Shown here: positions 29,480 to 37,549 of the stretch, in pieces | Position numbering within the stretch: the stretch's first letter is position 1 | Layout of the letters: each line of letters begins with the position of its first letter | Source of the DNA: an uncultured Myxococcales bacterium | GTDB lineage: Bacteria > Myxococcota_A > Polyangia > JAAYKL01 | Length of the DNA stretch: 64,000 nt | Direction: 5' to 3' | Assembly (NCBI GenBank): GCA_964530995.1 | Contig: CAZHCG010000003.1 | Coordinates: 915 to 64,914, forward strand | Notes under the pieces: model-generated | The model's input: only the letters and a program-made list of their open reading frames with translations | Told to the model about the DNA's origin: nothing | The model's database searches: none | Translations under genes and position numbers: made by a program

Positions 29480-30433
29480 TCAACGCGCCGATTCAGATTC
29501 GCTTTCGAAAAAGCGGCGCGCGCGCCGGATCCATTCCTCCCCGTCGGGAGCGATCCACTCCACGCCGCTTTCGCCGCGCAGCCAGGTGCGCTGGCGCCGG
29601 GCCAGCCGGCGCGTGTCCACGCGGGTCTTCTCCGCCGCTTCGGCGAGGCTCAGCTCTCCGGCCAGGTGCTGGCAGATGCGGCGGTAGCCCAGCCCCTGGA
29701 GCGGCTTGAGCGAGGGATCGTACCCGCGGGCCAGCAGGTCGCGCACCTCGTCGAGAAAGCCGCGCTCCATCATCAGCGCCACTCGCCGCGCGATGCGTCG
29801 ATCCAGATCCTCTCGCTCGCGGTCCACCGCACAGATCCGGGCCGGGTAGCGCCGCTCGCCGAAGCGGTGTCGCCGCTGCCACTCGGAGAGCAGAACGCCG
29901 CTTTGCTCGGCGACCTCCAGCGCGCGCAGGATGCGTACGCCGTCGTTGGGGTGCAGGCGCTCGGCCGTGGGCGGGTCGATCGCGGCCAGTTCGCGGTGCA
30001 GCGCCGGCCAGCCCTCGCGCTCGGCCCGCTGCGAAATCCGCTCGCGCAGCCGGGGATCCGGGGGCGGGCCGCCCTGCAGGCCGCGCAGCAGCACGCGGAT
30101 GTAGAGCCCGGTTCCGCCGGCCACGATCGCGCGCCGGCCGCGAGAGGCGATCCCCTCGATTGCGCGGTCGGCGTCCCGCGCATAGGCGACCGCGTCGTAA
30201 GGCCGGTCCGGATCGACGATTCCGATCATGTGGTGGGGCACGCCGCCCAGCTCCTCGCGGCTGGGCGCGGCGGTGCCGATCCGCATCTGGCGGTAGACCT
30301 GCATCGAGTCGGCGCCGACGATCTCGCCGTCCAGCCGCGCGGCGATTTTCACGGCGATCTCGGTCTTGCCGCTCGCGGTGGGGCCGGCGACCACGAACAG
30401 CGGCACGGGAGCCGGTGGGGGCGCGCCGGGCAC
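29480..30433 (-). CDS. miaA: tRNA dimethylallyltransferase.
   Basis: P-loop GPTASGKT; ADSMQVYR; the conserved IPP-transferase core. Its position downstream of mutL is conserved. Confidence 0.9.
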   Translation of the reverse strand: MPGAPPPAPVPLFVVAGPTASGKTEIAVKIAARLDGEIVGADSMQVYRQMRIGTAAPSREELGGVPHHMIGIVDPDRPYDAVAYARDADRAIEGIASRGRRAIVAGGTGLYIRVLLRGLQGGPPPDPRLRERISQRAEREGWPALHRELAAIDPPTAERLHPNDGVRILRALEVAEQSGVLLSEWQRRHRFGERRYPARICAVDREREDLDRRIARRVALMMERGFLDEVRDLLARGYDPSLKPLQGLGYRRICQHLAGELSLAEAAEKTRVDTRRLARRQRTWLRGESGVEWIAPDGEEWIRRARRFFESESESAR

Positions 30434-30436
30434 TTC

Positions 30437-32260
30437 CTAGTCCCGGCCCACGCGCCGCCGGATCTCGCGCCACGGGATCCGGGCCAGCACCGGCCTGCCG
30501 TGCGGGCAGTGACCTGCCATCTCGATCCGATCCATCTCCTCGAGCAGCGCGATCGCCTCGTCGCGTCCCACCTCGCGCCCGCCGCGGATCGATCCGTGGC
30601 AGGCGATCGTGGCCAGCGCGCGATCGTCGCTCTCGCCGCGCGATCCGTCGCGCGACTCCTCGAGCGCCAGCACCATCTCGGCCAGCAGCCTGTCCGGCGA
30701 GGCGCCGGCCAGCTCGGCCGGCACGGAGCGCACCGAGATCCGCTCCGGCCCGCTGCGCTGAATCTCCAGGCCCAGCCGCTCCAGCGCCTCGGCCAGCCCT
30801 TCGATCCGCTCCGCCTCGGCCGGACCGAGGTCGACGGCGTGAGGGACCAGCAGCCGCTGCGAGGAGACGCGGCCCTCGGCCAGCTGCTCGCGCAGCCGCT
30901 CGAAGGTGACCCGCTCGTGGGCCGCGTGCTGGTCCAGGATCACCAGGTCGTCCTCGTCCTCGAGCAGCAGGAACGTCCCCTGCGCCTGGCCGACGAAGCG
31001 CAGCGAGGAGAAGTGCCTCTCCCGGTCGCTGGTCACGAGCCGCTGCGGCTCGGGGCGAATCGGGCCGCCCGGTCCGGGAGCGGGCCGCCCGGCGCGCCGT
31101 CCGGGTTCGTCGGGGCCGCCGCGGCGCGGCCTGACGCCGCCCGGGCGCGGAGCCGGGAACGAGGGCGGCGGGACCAGGCGATCCGAGCCGGAGCGGTAGG
31201 CGGCGTCCTCCTCGGCGATCGACTCGGCCCCGGCCTCCGGCCGCGCGGTCCGGGCCGGCTCGCCCAGCGACCAGACCGAGCGGGAGACCATCTCCGCCAC
31301 CGTGCGGCTCACCGCGCGATAGACGGCGCGCGGATCGGCGAAGCGCACCTCGGTCTTCTGGGGATGTGCGTTGACGTCGATCCCCTCGCTCGGCATCTCG
31401 ACGGCGAGAGTGCCGACCGGATATCTCCCTTTCTCCAGCGTGCCGCCGAACGCCTGGTGCACGGCCTTGAGCAGCGCCCGGTCACGCACGAAGCGCCGGT
31501 TTACGAAGGTGTACAGCGACCCGGCGCCGGCGCGGGCGCGCTCCGGCGGGCCCAGCACGGCCAGGACCTCCACGCCGTCCAGCTTCGCCTCGAAGCGGGC
31601 CAGCCGCTCGTCGGAGAAGAGCTCGGAGATCCGCTCCTCGATCCGCTCGGCGCGCGGCAGCTCCTTGGAGGTGCGCCCGCCGACCACCACGCCGAACGCC
31701 ACCTCGGGGCGCACCAACGCGAGGCGCATCACCGCCTCGACGCAGTGGCCGGTCTCGGTGCTTTCGCGCTTGAGGAACTTGAGCCGCGCCGGCGTGTTGA
31801 AGAACAGGTCGCGCACCTCGATGTCGGTGCCGACCGGGCAGCCCGCCTCGCGCCGGGAGAGCAGCTCGCCGGCCTCGAGCTCGAGGCGGGTTCCGGCCAG
31901 CGTCTCCTCGCTGCGCGTGTGCACGGTGATCCGCGAGACCGAGGCGATCGAGGGCAGCGCCTCACCGCGGAAACCGTAGGTCCCGGCCCGCGCGATGTCG
32001 TCGAGGCGCGAGATCTTGCTGGTCGCGTGGCGGAAGAAGGCGGCCTCGACGTCTTCGGATGCGATGCCCGATCCGTTGTCCAGCACCCGCATCCGGGCCG
32101 CGCCCCCGCCGTCGATCTCGACGCGGACGCGCGTGGCCCCGGCGTCGAGGCTGTTCTCGACCAGCTCCTTGATCGCGGAGCCGGGACGCTCCACGACCTC
32201 TCCGGCCGCGATCTGGTCGGCGACGATGCGATCGAGAACGAGGATCCGCCTCCGGCTCAT
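30437..32260 (-). CDS. mutL: DNA mismatch repair protein MutL.
   Basis: GHKL ATPase motifs: IAAGEVVERPGSAIKELVENSLDAG, VLDNGSGI and YGFRGEAL. The C-terminal dimerisation domain is present. The start was chosen at MSRRRILVLD. Confidence 0.9.
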   Translation of the reverse strand: MSRRRILVLDRIVADQIAAGEVVERPGSAIKELVENSLDAGATRVRVEIDGGGAARMRVLDNGSGIASEDVEAAFFRHATSKISRLDDIARAGTYGFRGEALPSIASVSRITVHTRSEETLAGTRLELEAGELLSRREAGCPVGTDIEVRDLFFNTPARLKFLKRESTETGHCVEAVMRLALVRPEVAFGVVVGGRTSKELPRAERIEERISELFSDERLARFEAKLDGVEVLAVLGPPERARAGAGSLYTFVNRRFVRDRALLKAVHQAFGGTLEKGRYPVGTLAVEMPSEGIDVNAHPQKTEVRFADPRAVYRAVSRTVAEMVSRSVWSLGEPARTARPEAGAESIAEEDAAYRSGSDRLVPPPSFPAPRPGGVRPRRGGPDEPGRRAGRPAPGPGGPIRPEPQRLVTSDRERHFSSLRFVGQAQGTFLLLEDEDDLVILDQHAAHERVTFERLREQLAEGRVSSQRLLVPHAVDLGPAEAERIEGLAEALERLGLEIQRSGPERISVRSVPAELAGASPDRLLAEMVLALEESRDGSRGESDDRALATIACHGSIRGGREVGRDEAIALLEEMDRIEMAGHCPHGRPVLARIPWREIRRRVGRD

Positions 32261-32326
32261 GCACCGTTTGTGCAACGCGCCCGGCGGCGAGTCAAACGCA
32301 ACCGATCGCGCGAGGCGGACGCACGG

Positions 32327-32875
32327 CTAGCGGCACTGGTTCCAGTAGGCGTCGGTGCTCTCGGCCTCGGCGCGGCACTTGGCGACCTTCTGGGGCACGC
32401 CCTCCTGCTTGGCCTCGGCCACGCATTCCTCGATCGCCTCGGCCGCCTCGGCCTCGGCGTCGGCGAAGGCCTGCTTGGCCTTTTCGATCGCCTCCTTCTT
32501 CTTCGGCTCCAGCGCGGCGAGCTGCTCGTCGATCTTCTTGATCAGCTCGGCCTCGTGCTCGGCGTGGGCCTTTTCGATCTCTTTCACCTTCTCTTCTTCG
32601 GGCTCCTCGCCGAGCTCGGCGATCTTGCTCTTCAGCTCCTCGGCGAGGGCTTTCTCCTGCTCGGCCTTTTTCTGCTCGAGCTCGGCCTTGCGCTCGGCGA
32701 AATCCTCCTCGACCTCCTCGACGCGCTCGGCGACCGGCGTCAGATCGACCTCGCCGCGGAGCTGGACCAGGTTCTTGCACATCGCCTCCAGCTCCTGGTC
32801 GCTGGCCTTGGGCAGGCACGCAACGAGCAGCGATCCGAAGAAAATAAACGTCGTGGCGGCTACCAGCCTTTTCAT
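32327..32875 (-). CDS. Glu/Lys-rich coiled-coil lipoprotein, hypothetical.
   Basis: The start was chosen at MKRLVAATTFIFFGSLLVACLPK (lipobox LVAC). The rest is a highly charged EEKVKEIEKAHAEHEAE...-type helical repeat. Confidence 0.5.
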   Translation of the reverse strand: MKRLVAATTFIFFGSLLVACLPKASDQELEAMCKNLVQLRGEVDLTPVAERVEEVEEDFAERKAELEQKKAEQEKALAEELKSKIAELGEEPEEEKVKEIEKAHAEHEAELIKKIDEQLAALEPKKKEAIEKAKQAFADAEAEAAEAIEECVAEAKQEGVPQKVAKCRAEAESTDAYWNQCR

Positions 32876-33026
32876 GGCATCCCCTCCTCGCGCCAGCTGG
32901 CGCACAGTTGTTCGCTGGGGCATTCGCCCCGAGAACCGTGACAGCTTCCAGTTCACGTTTGCCAACGATTATGCGCGAAACTTTCCAGGGACACAACAAG
33001 CCGTTCCGGAATTTCGCCCGGCCCTC

Positions 33027-34322
33027 TCAGCGCCCGGAGCCGATTCTCCTCGAAGCTCGCAGCGCCGCCGAGCGGGCGTGGGCCTCCAGGCCCTCGGCGC
33101 GCGCCAGGATCGCAGCGTCCTCGGCCAGCGCCTCCGCCGCTTTCGAATCGTCGACGCGCAGCCAGCTGCGGACCCTGAGAAAGGTCAGCACCGACAGCCC
33201 GGCGCCGAAGCGCGCCGTGCCCCCGGTCGGCAGCGTATGGTTGGGTCCGGCGCCGTAGTCGCCGAGCACCTCGGCCGCGCCGGCGCCGACGAACACCGCT
33301 CCGCAGTGCCGCAGGCGGCGCGAGAGCGCGCCGGCGTCCGCGGCGTGCAGCGCCAGGTGCTCGGGGGCCAGCAGATTGCAGACCTCCGCCGCCTCGCGAA
33401 CGTCGGCCGCGACCACCGTCGCCCCGTTGCGCGACAGCGACTCGCGCGCCACCGCCGCGGTGGGCAGCTCGGCCAGCCGGGCGGACAGCTCCCGCTCCAC
33501 CGCGTCGGCGAGCGCGGGCGAGTCGGTGACCAGGATCGCGACCGCGTCGGCGTCGTGCTCGGCCTGGGCAAGCAGGTCCGCGGCGACCAGCCCGGGATCG
33601 GCGTCTCGATCCGCCAGCACGGTCAGCTCGGAGGGACCGGCCAGCATGTCGATTCCGACCCGCCCGGAGACGAGCTGCTTGGCAGCCGTGACCCAGCGGT
33701 TCCCGGGTCCGACAACCAGGTCGCAGGCCGGAGCCGGCCCGGCCCCGAACGCCAGCGCGGCGATCGCCTGGGCTCCGCCCGCGACCAGCAGGCCGTCCGC
33801 TCCAGCGGCGGCCGCTGCGGCCAGGGTGACCGGAGCCGGCCGCGGCGAGGCGATCCAGGCGCTCTCCACTCCGGCGACGCGCGCGGGAACGACGGTCATC
33901 AGTACAGAGGAGGGCAGCGGAAAGCGTCCGCCCGGAGCGTAGCAGCCGGCGCGCTCCACCGGCAGCACGGTGTGACCCGCGGCCCCGCCCGGGACGGCGA
34001 CCTCGATCTCGGAGAGGCTGCCCAGCTGCGCCTCGGCGAAGCACCGGATCCGCTCGGCGGATCGCTCCAGCGCGCCGCGCAGCTCGGGTTCCAGCCCGGC
34101 CAGCGCCCGCCGCATCCGGGCCGGCTCGATCTCCAGCGCCTCGCCGGGACGCAGGTCGCCCAGCCGCTCGGAGTGCGCGCGCAGCGCCCGCTCCCCGTCG
34201 CGCCGCACGTCCTCCACGATCCGCGCCGCGGCGGCCAGCGTCTCGGGATCGACCGCTGCGCGGCCCCGGACGCGCTGCGCGGCCCGGCGCGGATCGATCC
34301 TCTCCAGCAGCGCGCCGCTCAT
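33027..34322 (-). CDS. hisD: Histidinol dehydrogenase.
   Basis: GCYAPGGRFPLPSSVLM; IDMLAGPSE; AQAEHD; DYGAGPNHTLPT. 431 aa starting at MSGALLERI. The start overlaps the upstream stop by 4 nt. Confidence 0.92.
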   Translation of the reverse strand: MSGALLERIDPRRAAQRVRGRAAVDPETLAAAARIVEDVRRDGERALRAHSERLGDLRPGEALEIEPARMRRALAGLEPELRGALERSAERIRCFAEAQLGSLSEIEVAVPGGAAGHTVLPVERAGCYAPGGRFPLPSSVLMTVVPARVAGVESAWIASPRPAPVTLAAAAAAGADGLLVAGGAQAIAALAFGAGPAPACDLVVGPGNRWVTAAKQLVSGRVGIDMLAGPSELTVLADRDADPGLVAADLLAQAEHDADAVAILVTDSPALADAVERELSARLAELPTAAVARESLSRNGATVVAADVREAAEVCNLLAPEHLALHAADAGALSRRLRHCGAVFVGAGAAEVLGDYGAGPNHTLPTGGTARFGAGLSVLTFLRVRSWLRVDDSKAAEALAEDAAILARAEGLEAHARSAALRASRRIGSGR

Positions 34323-35590
34323 CTCCGCCCCCTGCTGGGCTTGGCATCTCCCGGCCTGCGCGTGATCCGCAGCGCCCTGCGATCGAGCTCGGCCTCGACG
34401 TCGTCCCAGCCCACCCCGGCGCGGGCCATCGCCACCGCGACGAAGTAGACGACATCCGCGGCCTCGTGGACCGCCTCGTCGCGAGCCCGCGCCTCGGCCA
34501 GCTCCTCGGCCTCCTCGAGCAGCTTGGCGCGCAGCAGCTCCGGCTCGTCGAGCAGGCGGCGGGTGTAGGATCCGGCCGGCGCCTCCCGCGCGCGGCTCTC
34601 CAACGTGCGCAGCAGTCCGGGCAGCCCGCGATCGTCTCCGAAGCAGCCGCGCCTCTTCAGGTGGCAGAAGCCGGGCTCCGCCTGGCGCACCCGAAAGCGC
34701 AGCGCGTCGCGGTCGCAGTCCAGATCCACGCCCAGCAGCTGCTGGGTGGCGCCGGAGGAGGCGCCCTTGACCCACAGGCCGCGGCTGCGCGAACGGTAAA
34801 CGCCGCGCCCGGTGCGCAGCGCCTCGCGCACGCTCTCCGCGTCGGAGTAGACCAGCCCCAGCGCACGCCCGCTCTCGTCCGCGACCACGGTCGGCCACAG
34901 CCCGTCGGGCCGGTCCGAGCGCAGCGGCGCGACCAGCGCGTCGGCCAGCTCGAGGCGGCCGCTGTAGAGCGCCATCCCCACCTGCGCGTCGGCTCCGAGC
35001 GCGTCGATCGCGGCGACCTCCTCGGCGGTGGTCACGCCGCCGGCCACGGTCACGCGCGCCTCGCCCGCGGCCTCGACCACCGCCCGCACGCGCTCCATCT
35101 CGATCCCCTGCATCCGCCCTTCGCGCTCCACGAAGGTGACGAGCAGGCCGCCGGTGAAATCGCGCAGCTCGCGGATCCGCTCCAGCAGCTCGCGCCCGGT
35201 GCCGGTCCGCCAGCCCTCGACCACCACCTCTCCGCGCTCGGCGTCGACCGCGGCCACGACCCGCTCGCGGGGCAGCCGCGAGAGCAGCTCCGGCTCGGCG
35301 GCCGTGCCGATGATCACGCTCCGCGCCCCGGCGTCGAGCCAGCGCGCCGCGGTCTCGTAGTCGCGGACACCGCCGCCGACCCGGCAGGGGAAGCGCCGCA
35401 CCAGCTCTCGAATCGCGCCGCCGTTGTCTCCGCGCCCGGCCGCCGCGTCCAGGTCGATCACGGCGATCTCTCCGACCAGCGCGAAGCGCTCGGCGATCGG
35501 CAGCGGGTCGCCGGCGTCGATCTCCCGACGCCGGCCGCCCACCAGCTGCACCGCGCGGCCGTCCATCAAGTCTATCGAGGGAACGATCAT
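34319..35590 (-). CDS. hisA: Trifunctional fusion: ProFAR isomerase (HisA) + phosphoribosyl-AMP cyclohydrolase (HisI) + phosphoribosyl-ATP pyrophosphatase (HisE).
   Basis: HisA-like N-terminus [19 protein letters not shown]...VGGGVR. HisI core SRSRGLWVKGASSGATQQLLGVDLDCDRDALRFRV...CHLKRRGCFG. HisE-like C-terminus SYTRRLLDEPELLRAKLLEEAEELAEA. The start was set by codon arithmetic from the ORF end. Confidence 0.8.
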   Translation of the reverse strand: MIVPSIDLMDGRAVQLVGGRRREIDAGDPLPIAERFALVGEIAVIDLDAAAGRGDNGGAIRELVRRFPCRVGGGVRDYETAARWLDAGARSVIIGTAAEPELLSRLPRERVVAAVDAERGEVVVEGWRTGTGRELLERIRELRDFTGGLLVTFVEREGRMQGIEMERVRAVVEAAGEARVTVAGGVTTAEEVAAIDALGADAQVGMALYSGRLELADALVAPLRSDRPDGLWPTVVADESGRALGLVYSDAESVREALRTGRGVYRSRSRGLWVKGASSGATQQLLGVDLDCDRDALRFRVRQAEPGFCHLKRRGCFGDDRGLPGLLRTLESRAREAPAGSYTRRLLDEPELLRAKLLEEAEELAEARARDEAVHEAADVVYFVAVAMARAGVGWDDVEAELDRRALRITRRPGDAKPSRGRR

Positions 35591-36342
35591 CTCCTCACCT
35601 CCACGCCCAGCTCGGCCAGCTCCTGCTTGAGCCGCTCGACCGTGATCCGGCGGTAGTGGAAGATCGACGCGGCCAGCACCGCCGCGGCGCCGGCCTCGAC
35701 CGCGGCGGCCATGTGAGCCGCGCTCGACGCGCCGCCCGAGGCCACGATCGGAACGTCTACCCGGGCGGACGCCCCTTCGATCAGATCCGTGTCGTAGCCC
35801 CGGCGCGTGCCGTCGCGGTCCCAGGAGGTGAGCAGGATCTCGCCCGCGCCCCTGGCGGCTGCCTCGCCGCACCACTCCACGGCGTCGCGCCCGGTCCGGT
35901 TGCGCCCCGAGAGGGTCACGACCTCCCAGCCCCCGTCGGGCCGCGCCGCGGCGTCCACGGCCAGCACCGTGCACTGGCGCCCGTAGCGCCCGGCCAGCTC
36001 GTCGAGCAGACCCGGCCGCTCCACCGCCGCCGTGTTGACTCCCACCTTGTCCGCCCCGGCCTCGAGCAGCGCCGCCGCGTCCTCGACGCTGCGCACGCCC
36101 CCGCCCACGGTCAGCGGCAGCGCGATCCGCTCCCGGACCTCGGCGACCGTATCGGTCCGCGTGGCGCGTCCCTCCGGAGTGGCCGAAACGTCCAGCAAGG
36201 TGATCTCATCGGCTCCCTGCCGCCCGTACTCGCCGGCCAGCTCGGCCGGAGAGCCGGCGTCGCGCAGCGCCTGGAAGCGCACACCCTTGACGACCCGTCC
36301 GTCGCGCACGTCGAGGCAGGGGATGACTCGCACCGTCAGCAT
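35587..36342 (-). CDS. hisF: Imidazole glycerol phosphate synthase cyclase subunit HisF.
   Basis: [18 protein letters not shown]; [12 protein letters not shown]; [12 protein letters not shown]; SWDRDGT. 251 aa. Confidence 0.92.
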   Translation of the reverse strand: MLTVRVIPCLDVRDGRVVKGVRFQALRDAGSPAELAGEYGRQGADEITLLDVSATPEGRATRTDTVAEVRERIALPLTVGGGVRSVEDAAALLEAGADKVGVNTAAVERPGLLDELAGRYGRQCTVLAVDAAARPDGGWEVVTLSGRNRTGRDAVEWCGEAAARGAGEILLTSWDRDGTRRGYDTDLIEGASARVDVPIVASGGASSAAHMAAAVEAGAAAVLAASIFHYRRITVERLKQELAELGVEVRR

Positions 36343-36962
36343 CGCGCACCTCCTGTGGCGGCGCCCGTCTCGATCCAGCGCCGCAGGATTCCGAGCCCCA
36401 GCTCGCCGCTCAGCTCCGGATGGAACTGGCAAGCCAGCACGGCGCCCCGCTCCAGGGCTGCGACGAACCGCCCGCCGTGGTCCGCGCTCGCCGCCAGCCA
36501 CCCCTCCGGCTCGCGCGCGAAGCGGTAGGAGTTGGCGAAGTAGACGTATCCCGCTGCGAGCAGCTCGCAGCCGGGATCGACCTCGATCCGGTTCCAGCCC
36601 AGCTGCGGCGAGGCGACCCCCGGAGGGAACGGCTCGGCGCTCGCCTCCAGCGCGCCCAGCCCCTCGGCCCCGGGGCTCTCCTCGCTGCCCGCGCCGAGCA
36701 GCTGCATGCCCAGGCAGATCGCCAGCGTGGGCCGGCCCTCGTCGATCCTCGATCGCAGCGCGCGGTCGCGGCCGTTGCTCCGCAGGCTCTCCATCGCCGC
36801 GGCCAGCGTACCGACACCCGGCACGACCAGCAGCCCGGCGCGCCGGACGTCGACCAGCTCGGCGCTGATCCTCGGCCCGGCTCCGAGACGAGCCAGCGCC
36901 GCGGTCACCGAGGCCAGGTTGGCCGTGCCGGTCCGCATCACCACCACCTCGGGCCCGGACAT
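36336..36962 (-). CDS. hisH: Imidazole glycerol phosphate synthase glutamine amidotransferase subunit HisH.
   Basis: Catalytic GICLGMQLL (nucleophile Cys) and QFHPE (His/Glu) of class-I GATases. 208 aa. Overlaps hisF and hisB by 7 nt and 1 nt. Confidence 0.9.
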   Translation of the reverse strand: MSGPEVVVMRTGTANLASVTAALARLGAGPRISAELVDVRRAGLLVVPGVGTLAAAMESLRSNGRDRALRSRIDEGRPTLAICLGMQLLGAGSEESPGAEGLGALEASAEPFPPGVASPQLGWNRIEVDPGCELLAAGYVYFANSYRFAREPEGWLAASADHGGRFVAALERGAVLACQFHPELSGELGLGILRRWIETGAATGGARC

Positions 36963-37549
36963 CAGAGGCTCTCCTTGGTGCTGGGGACGCGAGCGCCTCC
37001 GTCACGGGCGACGGCCTGCTCGAGCGCCAGGGCCAGCGCCTTGAACGCCGCCTCGGCCCGGTGGTGATCGTTGCGGCCGCGCAGCACGTCGAGGTGGATC
37101 GAGGCGCGCGCCGAGATCGCCAGCGAGCGCACCGCGTGGTCGATGTTCTCCGTCGAGAGGCCGCCCAGCCGCTCGCGCTCCAGCTCCAGCGAGACCTCGG
37201 CCCAGGGACGACCCGAGAGGTCCACGACCGCCCGCGCCAGCGCCTCGTCCAGCGGCGCCAGCGCCCAACCGAACCTGGCGATCCCGCGGCGCGCGCCTAG
37301 CGCCTCGTCGATCGCGGCGCCCAGCGCCAGCGCGCAGTCCTCGGCGGTGTGGTGGTCGTCCACCTCCAGGTCGCCGTCGCAGCTCAGCTCCAGGTCGAAG
37401 CCGGCGTGGCGCGCCAGCGCTGTCAGCAGGTGGTCCAGAAAACCTATCCCGGTCCTCGACTCGCAGCTTCCCTCGCCGTCCAGGCACAGCTTGAGCCGGA
37501 TCTCGGTCTCGGCGGTGCGGCGCTCGATCTCGGCCTTTCTCGGTTTCAC
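36962..37549 (-). CDS. hisB: Imidazoleglycerol-phosphate dehydratase, monofunctional (no HAD phosphatase domain).
   Basis: RRTAETEIRL; GIGFLDHLLTALARH; DHHTAEDCALALG; the IGPD metal-binding HxxxE/HH motifs. A GTG start is inferred. 195 aa. Confidence 0.9.
   Translation of the reverse strand: MKPRKAEIERRTAETEIRLKLCLDGEGSCESRTGIGFLDHLLTALARHAGFDLELSCDGDLEVDDHHTAEDCALALGAAIDEALGARRGIARFGWALAPLDEALARAVVDLSGRPWAEVSLELERERLGGLSTENIDHAVRSLAISARASIHLDVLRGRNDHHRAEAAFKALALALEQAVARDGGARVPSTKESL

Noticed and set aside
29666-32941. Very long antisense ORFs (e.g. 29666-32941 + 1091 aa; 56554-61026 - 1490 aa; 22591-25230 - 879 aa; 32355-34448 + 697 aa; 21011-22654 -; 3467-4990 -; 61327-63105 -).
   Set aside because: Their translations are dominated by Arg/Gly/Ala/Pro low-complexity runs with no motifs. 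They lie antisense to, or frame-shifted from, well-supported genes (mutL, miaA, anti-sigma, tlyA, the antiporter, etc.). This is the typical stop-codon-poor artefact of roughly 70% GC DNA.
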